A stretch of 64,000 nucleotides of DNA from an uncultured candidate division Zixibacteria bacterium (GTDB lineage Bacteria; Zixibacteria; MSB-5A5; GN15; FEB-12), in NCBI GenBank assembly GCA_963707365.1, contig CAVPPI010000004.1, positions 880,465-944,464 on the forward strand, written 5' to 3'. Shown here in pieces: positions 1 through 8,169 of the stretch; position 1 is the stretch's first letter; every line of letters starts with the position of its first letter. The notes beneath the pieces were generated by a model. It was not told where the DNA came from. It ran no database searches and saw only the letters and a program-made list of their open reading frames with translations. The position numbers and the translations under genes were made by a program.

Positions 1-2042
1 TTATTACCAGAATCATCGTCCAACCAGAAAATCGATGAATAAGGCCCGGCCTTCTGACGGCTGAGAGTATCGGTAGTACCGGCGACAGTGTCGATGGCAT
101 AAGGTGTTCCGGCGAAAATACTATCGAAATAAGCTTCCTGCGCGGCCTGCGATGGCAGCACCCAATCATCGTAGGTTTCATCGACCAGCAGGATACCCTG
201 ATCAAAAGTGTAGGCCATACCACTAACCTGTGCCGACGCACCCGATTCGTTCAGGTCATAATCCACCGCCGTCACGTAGTAGGTGTATGTCGTCAGGGCT
301 ACGACTTCCGTATCGATAAAGCTCGAATCGGGAACGTTATCCTGATAAAGAACTGCCCCGGATCCCTCATCACGATATACTCTGTAATGAGATAGGTCTC
401 CCTCTCTATTAGCGTTCCAGACGATGCCTATCTGACGTATGCCCACCTCAAGGGCTATACCCTGAGGCACCCTTGGTATAACGAGCGGAACGCCGCTACC
501 TTCGAGCAGAAAGGAAGCGGGATATGCGCCTTCGGTTTCTCCTTCAACTGCGAAGAAGTAAGTGTTCCCTGTGGTAAGCCCACCGACCACCCATGAGCAA
601 ACATCGGGGGGAATGCTTACCGAATAAGGATAGCTCCCCGAAACCGTGCCGTAGTGAAGCGTGTATGTATAGCTGGGGTCGCAATCGGTCCAGAAAACTT
701 CCAGGGATTGCCCATCACCCTGATCAACAACCTCTTCAATGTCAGTTGCGTGGACGCTGTTTGCCACGATTCCCACGGAAGCAATGGACATTTTAACGAC
801 ATCGGTGAAATAGGCAAAGTTCATCCGGTCGGAGATGTCGAGATTTGTGTGCCAACCGTCATAATTGAAATTGGTTTCAATAGCATCCACGATATCGAAT
901 CCGTACCGGTAGAATGAATAATGGTCTGAACTTGAACCCATGGCGGTGATCACTGGAGTTAGATTCGTCAGGCGATTGGCGGCATCGGCGGAGATTTGAC
1001 GGTAGGCCGTGTTGTCTCCCGATGACAGGTCAATTCTGTATTCGTCGTAGGGGTCATAGCCAACCATATCATAGTTGAACATAACCTCGACGTTGACCTC
1101 ATCTTCGAAGAAACCACGTGCCGAAGCTGCTGATCCGATCAGGCCGACTTCCTCGGCAGAGAAAGCCACGAAAACCACCGTTTTACGCAGCGGAATATCG
1201 GCGAGAATTCTTGCCAACTCGAGCATCGTGGTGGTACCCGATGCGTTGTCGTCGGCGCCCGGAGCATAGACATATGGACCTGGATCAACATTCAGAGTGA
1301 TACTGTCATAATGTCCACCGACAACGATAACTTTGTCTGGCTCGGCGTAGCCCGGCTTAACAGCCATGACGTTATAGTGCCAGTCGCCGCCATATAGAAA
1401 TTCCGGGGTCGTTACATCGGTGTAACCCCAATCAAGGAACTTCTGCACCATCCAGTCGCGAGCGGCGTCTATCTGGGTCGTCCAGATATAGCGGGTTTCG
1501 AAATCTTCGAGATGCGTATCAAACTCATAGATTGAATCCTGATTTACAAGATCTGCAAGGGTGTCAGAGGGATAGTCTACAAGTGTCAGAAGCAAATTGG
1601 AGACAGCCTTTGAGGCATAGAAAAACTCTATACTGAGTTCTTCGAGAGGCCTCGCCTTCCATTGTCCCTTACCCGCCTCGGCAAGGGCCACCTGGCTGTT
1701 GAACGGACTGACTCTGAGACCCATACCGATATCTATGGCTTCGGCCATACTCGTCCGGGCAACATCCGGTTTGCGAGGGGGGTACATCAGATAAGTTGAT
1801 GATGGAGCGGCATCAGTCATGATAATTTCGAATTCAAGACCACTCTGGGATAGCAGGTCAGCCTGCTGCTGATTGATGGATACCAGAAATCTGTTTTCAA
1901 CACGGGTGAAGGCATTATCGAGAATGCCTTTAGCTACTTCGACCTGGTACCGGTTTTTTATCGTAACCAGACCGAGGTCATCGGCTGCTGCGAAAGATGA
2001 TGTGAGGATTAGGACCATTAGAATTGCAGAGAGTGTTTTCAT
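1..2042 (-). CDS. Secreted M28-family zinc aminopeptidase with FN3-like repeats; the 3' end of the gene runs off the window start
   Basis: The minus-strand frame is open from ATG at 2042-2040 to base 1. It is absent from the ORF track because it has no in-window stop. The N-terminus MKTLSAILMVLILTSSFAAA is a signal peptide. VVGGHYDS, APGADDNASG and FVAFSAEEVGLIGS match M28 metal-ligand motifs. FN3-like segments follow (LEVFWTD..., IVWNAN...HYRVYR). Confidence 0.8.
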   Translation of the reverse strand, partial: MKTLSAILMVLILTSSFAAADDLGLVTIKNRYQVEVAKGILDNAFTRVENRFLVSINQQQADLLSQSGLEFEIIMTDAAPSSTYLMYPPRKPDVARTSMAEAIDIGMGLRVSPFNSQVALAEAGKGQWKARPLEELSIEFFYASKAVSNLLLTLVDYPSDTLADLVNQDSIYEFDTHLEDFETRYIWTTQIDAARDWMVQKFLDWGYTDVTTPEFLYGGDWHYNVMAVKPGYAEPDKVIVVGGHYDSITLNVDPGPYVYAPGADDNASGTTTMLELARILADIPLRKTVVFVAFSAEEVGLIGSAASARGFFEDEVNVEVMFNYDMVGYDPYDEYRIDLSSGDNTAYRQISADAANRLTNLTPVITAMGSSSDHYSFYRYGFDIVDAIETNFNYDGWHTNLDISDRMNFAYFTDVVKMSIASVGIVANSVHATDIEEVVDQGDGQSLEVFWTDCDPSYTYTLHYGTVSGSYPYSVSIPPDVCSWVVGGLTTGNTYFFAVEGETEGAYPASFLLEGSGVPLVIPRVPQGIALEVGIRQIGIVWNANREGDLSHYRVYRDEGSGAVLYQDNVPDSSFIDTEVVALTTYTYYVTAVDYDLNESGASAQVSGMAYTFDQGILLVDETYDDWVLPSQAAQEAYFDSIFAGTPYAIDTVAGTTDTLSRQKAGPYSSIFWLDDDSGN

Positions 2043-2143
2043 TTTACTTAAATTACCTCCCGCCAGGGGATGCCTTGGTTAGTTTTCAAAAAATTGATAA
2101 GTAATAAACTGCTGCAAAGTTCCTGTTGAGAACTTATACTTTC

Positions 2144-2171
2144 AATTTAGGCGGATGGGCACTATTGTCAA
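2144..2171 (-). promoter_or_regulatory. Sigma70-like promoter for the M28 peptidase gene
   Basis: On the minus strand, TTGACA (2171-2166), a 16-nt spacer and TAAATT (2149-2144). It lies about 100 nt upstream of the ATG at 2042, and GGAGG precedes the start. Confidence 0.4.
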
Positions 2172-2187
2172 GACAAAACCGGTCTGG

Positions 2188-2700
2188 TTATACCTTAACG
2201 CCCTTCTGGTAGGGTTTGAACTCGATTTTCTTGAGATCTTCGGGGTCAAAATTGAGTTTGACGTTCTTGTCAACCGGCAAAGACGGATACTCAGCGGGTG
2301 ATATAAGAGCCCGGTTGTCAACCGGCGCGATGTAGCCAACTGCTACCCTGAACTTCCTGGCGTACTCCTCGAGCAACTTACGTCTGACACTGCCGGTTTT
2401 CATGTAGGTCGAGTTCTCGGTAAACGAGAAGACAAGCTGCGGATTGGAGGAGAAAATCTGTACGCTCGCAATTTTTTCCTCAGCCAGTTTGCTCTTCACA
2501 AACTCCAGCAGTGAAAAGAGGGCTCCGAACTCAAGATCCAAAAGACCACCCTCGGTTCGACACCGAAAGAGAATCCCGAGGGAAGGTATCGAAAAGCATA
2601 TTACACCTCTCGAGAATCCATTCGACTCCAAAAAGGGGTCAAGTTTCGGGCTATTAAAAGCGGCAATATAGCACTTTAGTTGGGGCTTTTTCTCAGACAT
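2188..2700 (-). CDS. Hypothetical protein
   Basis: ORF-track frame 2188-2730. The track start is TTG, and the first ATG (MSEKKPQLK...) is at 2700. I recognised no family motif. Confidence 0.5.
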   Translation of the reverse strand: MSEKKPQLKCYIAAFNSPKLDPFLESNGFSRGVICFSIPSLGILFRCRTEGGLLDLEFGALFSLLEFVKSKLAEEKIASVQIFSSNPQLVFSFTENSTYMKTGSVRRKLLEEYARKFRVAVGYIAPVDNRALISPAEYPSLPVDKNVKLNFDPEDLKKIEFKPYQKGVKV

Positions 2701-2844
2701 ACCCTTGTTCGCTGCAAGGATAGTGCCCAATGCGACATGATCGGCAAACGCCTTGTCTTACAAGACCTTGCGGCTACCGGCGGCCACATGAGAGGCTGTG
2801 AGCGGTTGCCGTCTTTCAAAGATGTTGAAAAGCGTTGTAACCTT

Positions 2845-3276
2845 TTAGCTGACGGATTTCATCAGCTCCGCTTTCAGACCCGGGTCGGCTTCGACATACT
2901 TACCGGTAGCGGTGGCGAATGTTTGGCCATCTTCGCCGGTAGCTGCACCTTCGGTGAAAGTCACTTTCCCCCTGGTCTTGACAACGCGCCCTGTGAATTT
3001 GACCCTCTCGCCCACTCTCACCGGGGCCAGATATCTGATAGTCATCTCAACCGTGACGGCATATTTCTCGTGAGCAAGAATAGCCTTGATCATGACTTCA
3101 TCCAGCAGCGAGGAAATAACGCCACCATGATAAATTCCGCGGTACCCTTCGAAATGGTCACTGGCCACTATCTCGGTTGTGGCACAGTCTCCATCGAAAA
3201 AGAATTTCGCCTGAAGACCGTGGTTGTTCTCATCACCGCAGACAAAACAGTTGGTATATTTCAAAACTTCTTTCAT
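2845..3276 (-). CDS. PaaI/hotdog-fold acyl-CoA thioesterase
   Basis: The sequence has CFVCGDENNHGL..., GIYHGGVISSLLDEV and the overall length typical of PaaI/4HBT thioesterases. I shortened the start to the ATG at 3276 because the track's N-terminal extension is encoded by the argF terminator hairpin. Confidence 0.7.
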   Translation of the reverse strand: MKEVLKYTNCFVCGDENNHGLQAKFFFDGDCATTEIVASDHFEGYRGIYHGGVISSLLDEVMIKAILAHEKYAVTVEMTIRYLAPVRVGERVKFTGRVVKTRGKVTFTEGAATGEDGQTFATATGKYVEADPGLKAELMKSVS

Positions 3277-3332
3277 GGCGTTTATTTTAGGTCGTATAGA
3301 AGGATATGTCAACAGTAGTCCGTGGTAAGCAG

Positions 3333-3359
3333 AAAAAAGCCCGGTCAGTCGACCGGGCT
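3333..3359 (-). terminator. Rho-independent terminator after argF
   Basis: Minus strand: AGCCCGGTC-GACT-GACCGGGCT, a 9-bp stem, followed by TTTTTT. Confidence 0.7.
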
Positions 3360-3385
3360 TCTCTACAATCACTTGCTTCTGAATC

Positions 3386-4318
3386 TTAGTGAGCGAGCAA
3401 GAACGCCATTATGGCTTTTTGGATGTGGAGCCGGTTCTCGGCCTCGTCGAACACTACCGACTGGGGTCCGTCCATCACCTCATCGGTGATTTCTCTTCCC
3501 CGCTCCGCCGGCAGACAGTGCAGCACTACGGCATTCGGATTGGCCGCCTTCATCAGGGTGCTGTTAAGCTGATACCTGGCGAGTTTTTTGGCCTTTTCTT
3601 CGGCCTGATCCTTTTGCCCCATCGAGGCCCACACATCGGTGTACACCGCGTCGGCGTCGGCCACTGCTTCCATCGGATCGTCCGTAATCAGAATCCGGCT
3701 TTCGGGATTGGCTTTCGCCCTGGCAATAATCTCCGGATCGGGCTGGGTGTCCGCGGCAGTTCCCACTCTGAAGTCAAGGGGAATCAACGTGGCCAGATTT
3801 AGCCAGCTGTTGCATATGTTATTACCATCGCCGACATAAGCTACTTTGTAGCGCTTGCTGGGTTTCAAATGCTCAAGCATGGTAAAGTAATCTCCGAGAA
3901 TCTGACAGGGGTGGACAAGGTCGGTCAGGCCGTTGACTATCGGGACAGAAGCATACTTGGCCAGTTCGTCAACATCGGACTGCTTGTAAGTCCGGATCAT
4001 GATCATGCCAACGTAGCGGGACAGCACCTGAGCGGCATCGGCAACCGATTCGCGCTGACCGAGCTTGATTTCTTTGTCTGTAATATAGATAGGATGGCCG
4101 CCTAATTCATGAATTCCGACTTCGAAAGACACACGGGTCCGAAGCGATTCTTTGGTAAAGATGCAGGCCACTGATTTGCCTGCCAGCGGCTTCGGGGCGA
4201 TCTTACCGGATTTCATCTGCGAACACAGATCGAATATTTCATGAACTTCTTTGGCAGTAAGGTCGGTTATTTGTGTTAAAGAACGGGGCATTGCCACCTC
4301 CTCGTATTTAAAGGTCAA
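3386..4318 (-). CDS. argF: Ornithine carbamoyltransferase
   Basis: The motifs are SLRTRVSFE (a variant of STRTR), HPCQILGD, DVWASMGQ and HCLPAERGRE, and the length is about 300 aa. The start may instead be the second Met at 4291. Confidence 0.85.
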   Translation of the reverse strand: MTFKYEEVAMPRSLTQITDLTAKEVHEIFDLCSQMKSGKIAPKPLAGKSVACIFTKESLRTRVSFEVGIHELGGHPIYITDKEIKLGQRESVADAAQVLSRYVGMIMIRTYKQSDVDELAKYASVPIVNGLTDLVHPCQILGDYFTMLEHLKPSKRYKVAYVGDGNNICNSWLNLATLIPLDFRVGTAADTQPDPEIIARAKANPESRILITDDPMEAVADADAVYTDVWASMGQKDQAEEKAKKLARYQLNSTLMKAANPNAVVLHCLPAERGREITDEVMDGPQSVVFDEAENRLHIQKAIMAFLLAH

Positions 4319-4505
4319 AAATCCTGAGGAATTAAGAACTTTGTGCAGTCAAAGTCAAGCCGATAACCGGCCGGACGGTCGTTTTTTTCGTCCGGAACAA
4401 TGTTTGTGATGTAAACGGGAGAAGAAATATAAAAGTTGCCAACGGCAACTATGTTTGTAATATTACGTAATCTAAAGAAGATGAAATACCTGAGGTCGAC
4501 AGCAT

Positions 4506-5231
4506 ATGAAGCCAAAAACTAAAGCCTTCCTGGGATTAGCCTTTGTACTTGTGGGCATACTCCTGTTGGGTGAATCGACAGGGATGTTTGACCCGGGTCA
4601 GGCTATGAGCCTATTCTTCCCGTTTATAATGATTGCGGTAGGTTTCTGGCTCATCGTCCGCCGCAAGAGACAGTCTGCGCCGTCGTCCAATCAGTCATTC
4701 TACTGTCCCCCAACACCTCCGGGTTCGACCGGGCAGGATGCCGGGATAGGCGAGCAGACCGGGAGCACGGGCCGCTCGACGGCAGACTCAAGGGAATCGT
4801 ATACATCGAGCAATTATGATCAGGCCACAACATCGGAAAGGCCAAGCGCCGATGATTCAGGCAAGCTGAAATACAGCAAAACCTTTGGAGACATGTTGAT
4901 TGATTTCAGGGGAGTCAGCATTCACAACGTCGAAATATCGGCGGGAGTAGGTGACCTCGAAATCAGGCTTGCCGGCGGAGAGCTTGCCGACGGCCTCAAT
5001 CGGATTATCGTGTCGAGCTTCATAGGCGACATCCGCATATACGCCCCTGCCAATCTGCCTGTCTTCACGCACTGCTCTAATTTTGTGGGTGATATCGAAC
5101 TGATGGGCAAGCGCGCAAGTGGTTTTGGCAACAGTATCGACTCGCAGACAGCAAATTATCAGTCATCCGCAAAGAAACTCTATGTAGCCTGCAACAGCTT
5201 CATCGGCGATATCAGATACTTCACAATGTAG
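4506..5231 (+). CDS. LiaF-like membrane protein (DUF2154 C-terminal domain)
   Basis: Two N-terminal TM helices are followed by a low-complexity linker. The C-terminal beta-repeat region (IDFRGVSIHNVEISAGVGDLEIRL...FIGDIRIYAP...VGDIELMG) resembles the LiaF/cell-wall-stress-response domain. Confidence 0.5.
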   Translation: MKPKTKAFLGLAFVLVGILLLGESTGMFDPGQAMSLFFPFIMIAVGFWLIVRRKRQSAPSSNQSFYCPPTPPGSTGQDAGIGEQTGSTGRSTADSRESYTSSNYDQATTSERPSADDSGKLKYSKTFGDMLIDFRGVSIHNVEISAGVGDLEIRLAGGELADGLNRIIVSSFIGDIRIYAPANLPVFTHCSNFVGDIELMGKRASGFGNSIDSQTANYQSSAKKLYVACNSFIGDIRYFTM

Positions 5232-5309
5232 CGCCAATCCCCGGCCTATAATATATATTTGCTCAGGTCTTCGTTTTCGATAATCTTATCCAGACGTTGC
5301 GAAACCATC

Positions 5310-6596
5310 TTACCCGTAACAACGACTTTCTTCTTCGTTCGTCGGAGGCTCAAAGAGAATGTCCTCCAGAAGAGTGGTCAGTACCGTGTGCAGTCGTCGG
5401 GCGCCGATATTTTCTGCCTCGCGGTTGACTTTCTCGGCGTAGCCGGCAATTTTCTTGATACTCTCGGCAGAGAATTCGAGATTGACCCCCTCCGTTTTGA
5501 GAAGCGCCTTGTATTGCTTGACCAGCGAGGCCTGCGGCTCCGTTAGAATCTTTTCGAAGTCTTCGGCGGACAGAGAATCCAGTTCTACACGAATTGGGAA
5601 TCGTCCCTGTAACTCGGGAATCAGGTCCGATGGCTTGGTGGCGTGAAAAGCTCCGGCAGCTATGAAGAGGATATGATCGGTGTGCACCATGCCATATTTG
5701 GTTGTTACGCCGCAGCCTTCAACAATCGGCAGGATATCGCGCTGAACACCCTCCCGGCTGACATCCGGCCCGACTTTGGAAGAGTCGCCGACAATTTTAT
5801 CGAGCTCATCGATAAAGACGATTCCCGACTCCTGCACTCTTTCGAGCGCCTCGGCAATGACGTCATCCATATTGACCAGCTTGTTGAGCTCTTCATTGAG
5901 AAGAAACTTGCGGGCCTCTTTCACCGTCATCTTGCGGCGTTTGGTTTTCTGGGGCATTAACCCGGAGAACATCTCCTGAAAATTCACGCCCAGCTCTTCC
6001 ATCCCCATTGGCGAGAAGATTTCTATAACCGGAAACTGGCTCTGAGGTGTATCAAGCTCCACCTCACGCTCATCAAGTTTCCCCTCGAGAAGTTTCTTGC
6101 GGAATTTCTCTCTTGTCCGACTCAGCGAGTCTTCATCGCCGGCGCTGATCTCTTTTTCGTCTTTCGGTTTCGGGGGCGGTCCGATGAGCATGTCCAGCAG
6201 CCGCTCGATCGTATTTTGCTGGGCTCTCTCGTGAAGATGTTTTGACATCTCGACGCGGACCATGTTTACGGATATATCCACCAGATCGCGGACCATTGAT
6301 TCGACGTCGCGACCGACATAACCAACCTCGGTGAATTTGGACGCCTCGACCTTCAGAAAAGGCGCCCCGGCGAGGTCCGCCAGACGGCGGGCAATCTCGG
6401 TCTTTCCAACCCCGGTCGGTCCGATCATGATGATGTTGTTCGGCATTATCTCATGACGGATGTCCTCGGGAGCATTCTGGCGACGCCAGCGGTTCCGCAG
6501 GGCAATAGCCACCGATTTCTTGGCGTCGTCCTGCCCTATGATAAACTTGTTGAGGTGCTGGACTATCTCTTTCGGTTTCAGATAATTGTCATTCAT
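5310..6596 (-). CDS. hslU: ATP-dependent protease ATPase subunit HslU
   Basis: [25 protein letters not shown], Walker [16 protein letters not shown] and [10 protein letters not shown]. It overlaps hslV by 4 nt. Confidence 0.95.
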   Translation of the reverse strand: MNDNYLKPKEIVQHLNKFIIGQDDAKKSVAIALRNRWRRQNAPEDIRHEIMPNNIIMIGPTGVGKTEIARRLADLAGAPFLKVEASKFTEVGYVGRDVESMVRDLVDISVNMVRVEMSKHLHERAQQNTIERLLDMLIGPPPKPKDEKEISAGDEDSLSRTREKFRKKLLEGKLDEREVELDTPQSQFPVIEIFSPMGMEELGVNFQEMFSGLMPQKTKRRKMTVKEARKFLLNEELNKLVNMDDVIAEALERVQESGIVFIDELDKIVGDSSKVGPDVSREGVQRDILPIVEGCGVTTKYGMVHTDHILFIAAGAFHATKPSDLIPELQGRFPIRVELDSLSAEDFEKILTEPQASLVKQYKALLKTEGVNLEFSAESIKKIAGYAEKVNREAENIGARRLHTVLTTLLEDILFEPPTNEEESRCYG

Positions 6597-7141
6597 TTGA
6601 GTATTTCGACCTTGATATTCTTGTTGGTGTAGACGCAGATGTCGGCCGCTATTTCCAGGGATTTTGCGGCTACTTTATCGGCAGTCAGTTTCGGGTTAGC
6701 AAACAACAGGGCTCTGGCCGCAGCTAACGCGTAAGAACCACCGGACCCGATGGCAATTATGCCGTCATCAGGTTCGATAACTTCGCCGTTGCCGCTGATT
6801 AACAGGATATGCTTTTTATCGGTGACAACTATGACCGCCTCAAGCCGTTGAAGACTCCGATCCGTGCGCCACTCTTTGGCAAGTTCCACCGCAGCCTTTT
6901 GCAGGTTACCGTCGTATTCTTCTATCTTTTTGTCGAGCAGGTCATAAAGAGCCATAGCATCGGCAACCGCGCCCGCAAATCCGGCCAGTATTTTCCCCTC
7001 GTAGAGTTTTCTGATTTTGATAGCGCTGGTTTTCATAACGGTATCGTCGAACGTTACCTGTCCATCTCCGGCCAGAGCGGCCTGACCCTTATGTATTAAG
7101 CCGATAATGGTGGTTGCGTGCAGTTTCATAAATCTCCTCAT
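6593..7141 (-). CDS. hslV: ATP-dependent protease subunit HslV (CodW-like)
   Basis: [33 protein letters not shown] and [14 protein letters not shown]. The start is uncertain between 7141 and 7129. Confidence 0.9.
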   Translation of the reverse strand: MRRFMKLHATTIIGLIHKGQAALAGDGQVTFDDTVMKTSAIKIRKLYEGKILAGFAGAVADAMALYDLLDKKIEEYDGNLQKAAVELAKEWRTDRSLQRLEAVIVVTDKKHILLISGNGEVIEPDDGIIAIGSGGSYALAAARALLFANPKLTADKVAAKSLEIAADICVYTNKNIKVEILK

Positions 7142-8056
7142 TTATTTTTTCGACCCGGAACGGGGGTGTGCAAGTTTATAGGCCTTCTTCATCGACTCAG
7201 CCGTGATGTGGGTATATTTCTGAGTCGTCGAAAGCGTGGCGTGTCCCAGAATTTCTTTTATCAGCATCAGGTCCGCCCCGTTCTCCAACAGGTGAGTAGC
7301 AAAAGAGTGTCTCAGGGTGTGCGGCGTGATTTCCATCCCCGCGGCCGCTGCGAACTTCTTGACCAGACGATCCACGGAACGAACCGACAACGGCAACCCA
7401 TCACGGTTGACAAGCAGATGCGAAGAACCTGTGGCTTTCTCCGTGAGGAACTCCTGTCTTATTCCAAGATAATTGTTCAAGTCTTTGAGCGTGTTATCCC
7501 CAATCGGCACCACTCTCACTTTGTTGCCTTTACCCGTCACGGTTATAGTCCCACCGCCAAGGTCAAGGTCGTTTAGCTTAATAGAAGTAAGTTCCTCCCG
7601 CCTGATACCGGTAGCATAAAGAAGCGCTATCATGATATAATCACGCCAGTAGGTATAGCGTTTCTTGTCCTGCGTGGTGTTATCATGATTGAAAAGGCGA
7701 TTGACCTCGGACTGAGGAATAAAATCAGGTATTCGCGAGCGGTACTTCATCGTAGGTAGTTTGAAAAGGTATTCCTTGTGATGCGTCCTCGTGGAGAGAT
7801 ATTTCTGGAAACCGGACAGCGCCGAGAGAAAACGAGCCAGGGAACGATTGGATATGTTTTCCTCGGAACGGGTTCGCAGATACAGCCGAAGAAACAGCGG
7901 GTCGTTCTTGCGGGCCGATGGCAACTCGGCGTAACGCTTTTCGAGATACTTCACCCACGGTATAAGGTCGCGGCGGTACGCCTCGATAGTCTTAGGCGCG
8001 TACCTTTTGTCTACCTCAAGGGATTTGATATATTGCCCCAGCAATTTGGATAACAT
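7142..8056 (-). CDS. xerC: Tyrosine recombinase XerC/XerD (CodV-like)
   Basis: ATGIRREEL and HTLRHSFATHLLENGADLMLIKEILGHATLSTTQKYTH. The gene sits in topA-xerC-hslVU synteny. Confidence 0.85.
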   Translation of the reverse strand: MLSKLLGQYIKSLEVDKRYAPKTIEAYRRDLIPWVKYLEKRYAELPSARKNDPLFLRLYLRTRSEENISNRSLARFLSALSGFQKYLSTRTHHKEYLFKLPTMKYRSRIPDFIPQSEVNRLFNHDNTTQDKKRYTYWRDYIMIALLYATGIRREELTSIKLNDLDLGGGTITVTGKGNKVRVVPIGDNTLKDLNNYLGIRQEFLTEKATGSSHLLVNRDGLPLSVRSVDRLVKKFAAAAGMEITPHTLRHSFATHLLENGADLMLIKEILGHATLSTTQKYTHITAESMKKAYKLAHPRSGSKK

Positions 8057-8111
8057 AGAATTATGATATTTAAAAACGGTGGTAGCGTCAATTACTTTGA
8101 TTTTATCCCGT

Positions 8112-8145
8112 AAACAGAAAGGCCGGAGCGAATTGGCTCCGGCCC
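8112..8145 (-). terminator. Rho-independent terminator after topA
   Basis: Minus strand: GGCCGGAGC-CAATTC-GCTCCGGCC, a 9-bp stem, followed by TTTCTGTTT. Confidence 0.6.
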
Positions 8146-8169
8146 GCAGATTTCACGTTAGCTTAACGC

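Noticed and set aside
3277-3372. The 32-codon N-terminal extension of the thioesterase ORF (track start 3372)
   Set aside because: The extension is encoded by the argF terminator hairpin and T-tract (3333-3359). The internal ATG at 3276 gives a normal-length PaaI-type protein.
7142-8056. The tyrosine recombinase as a marker of an integrated mobile element
   Set aside because: It sits in the conserved housekeeping synteny topA-xerC(codV)-hslV-hslU. I noticed no flanking repeats, tRNA, phage or transposase genes.
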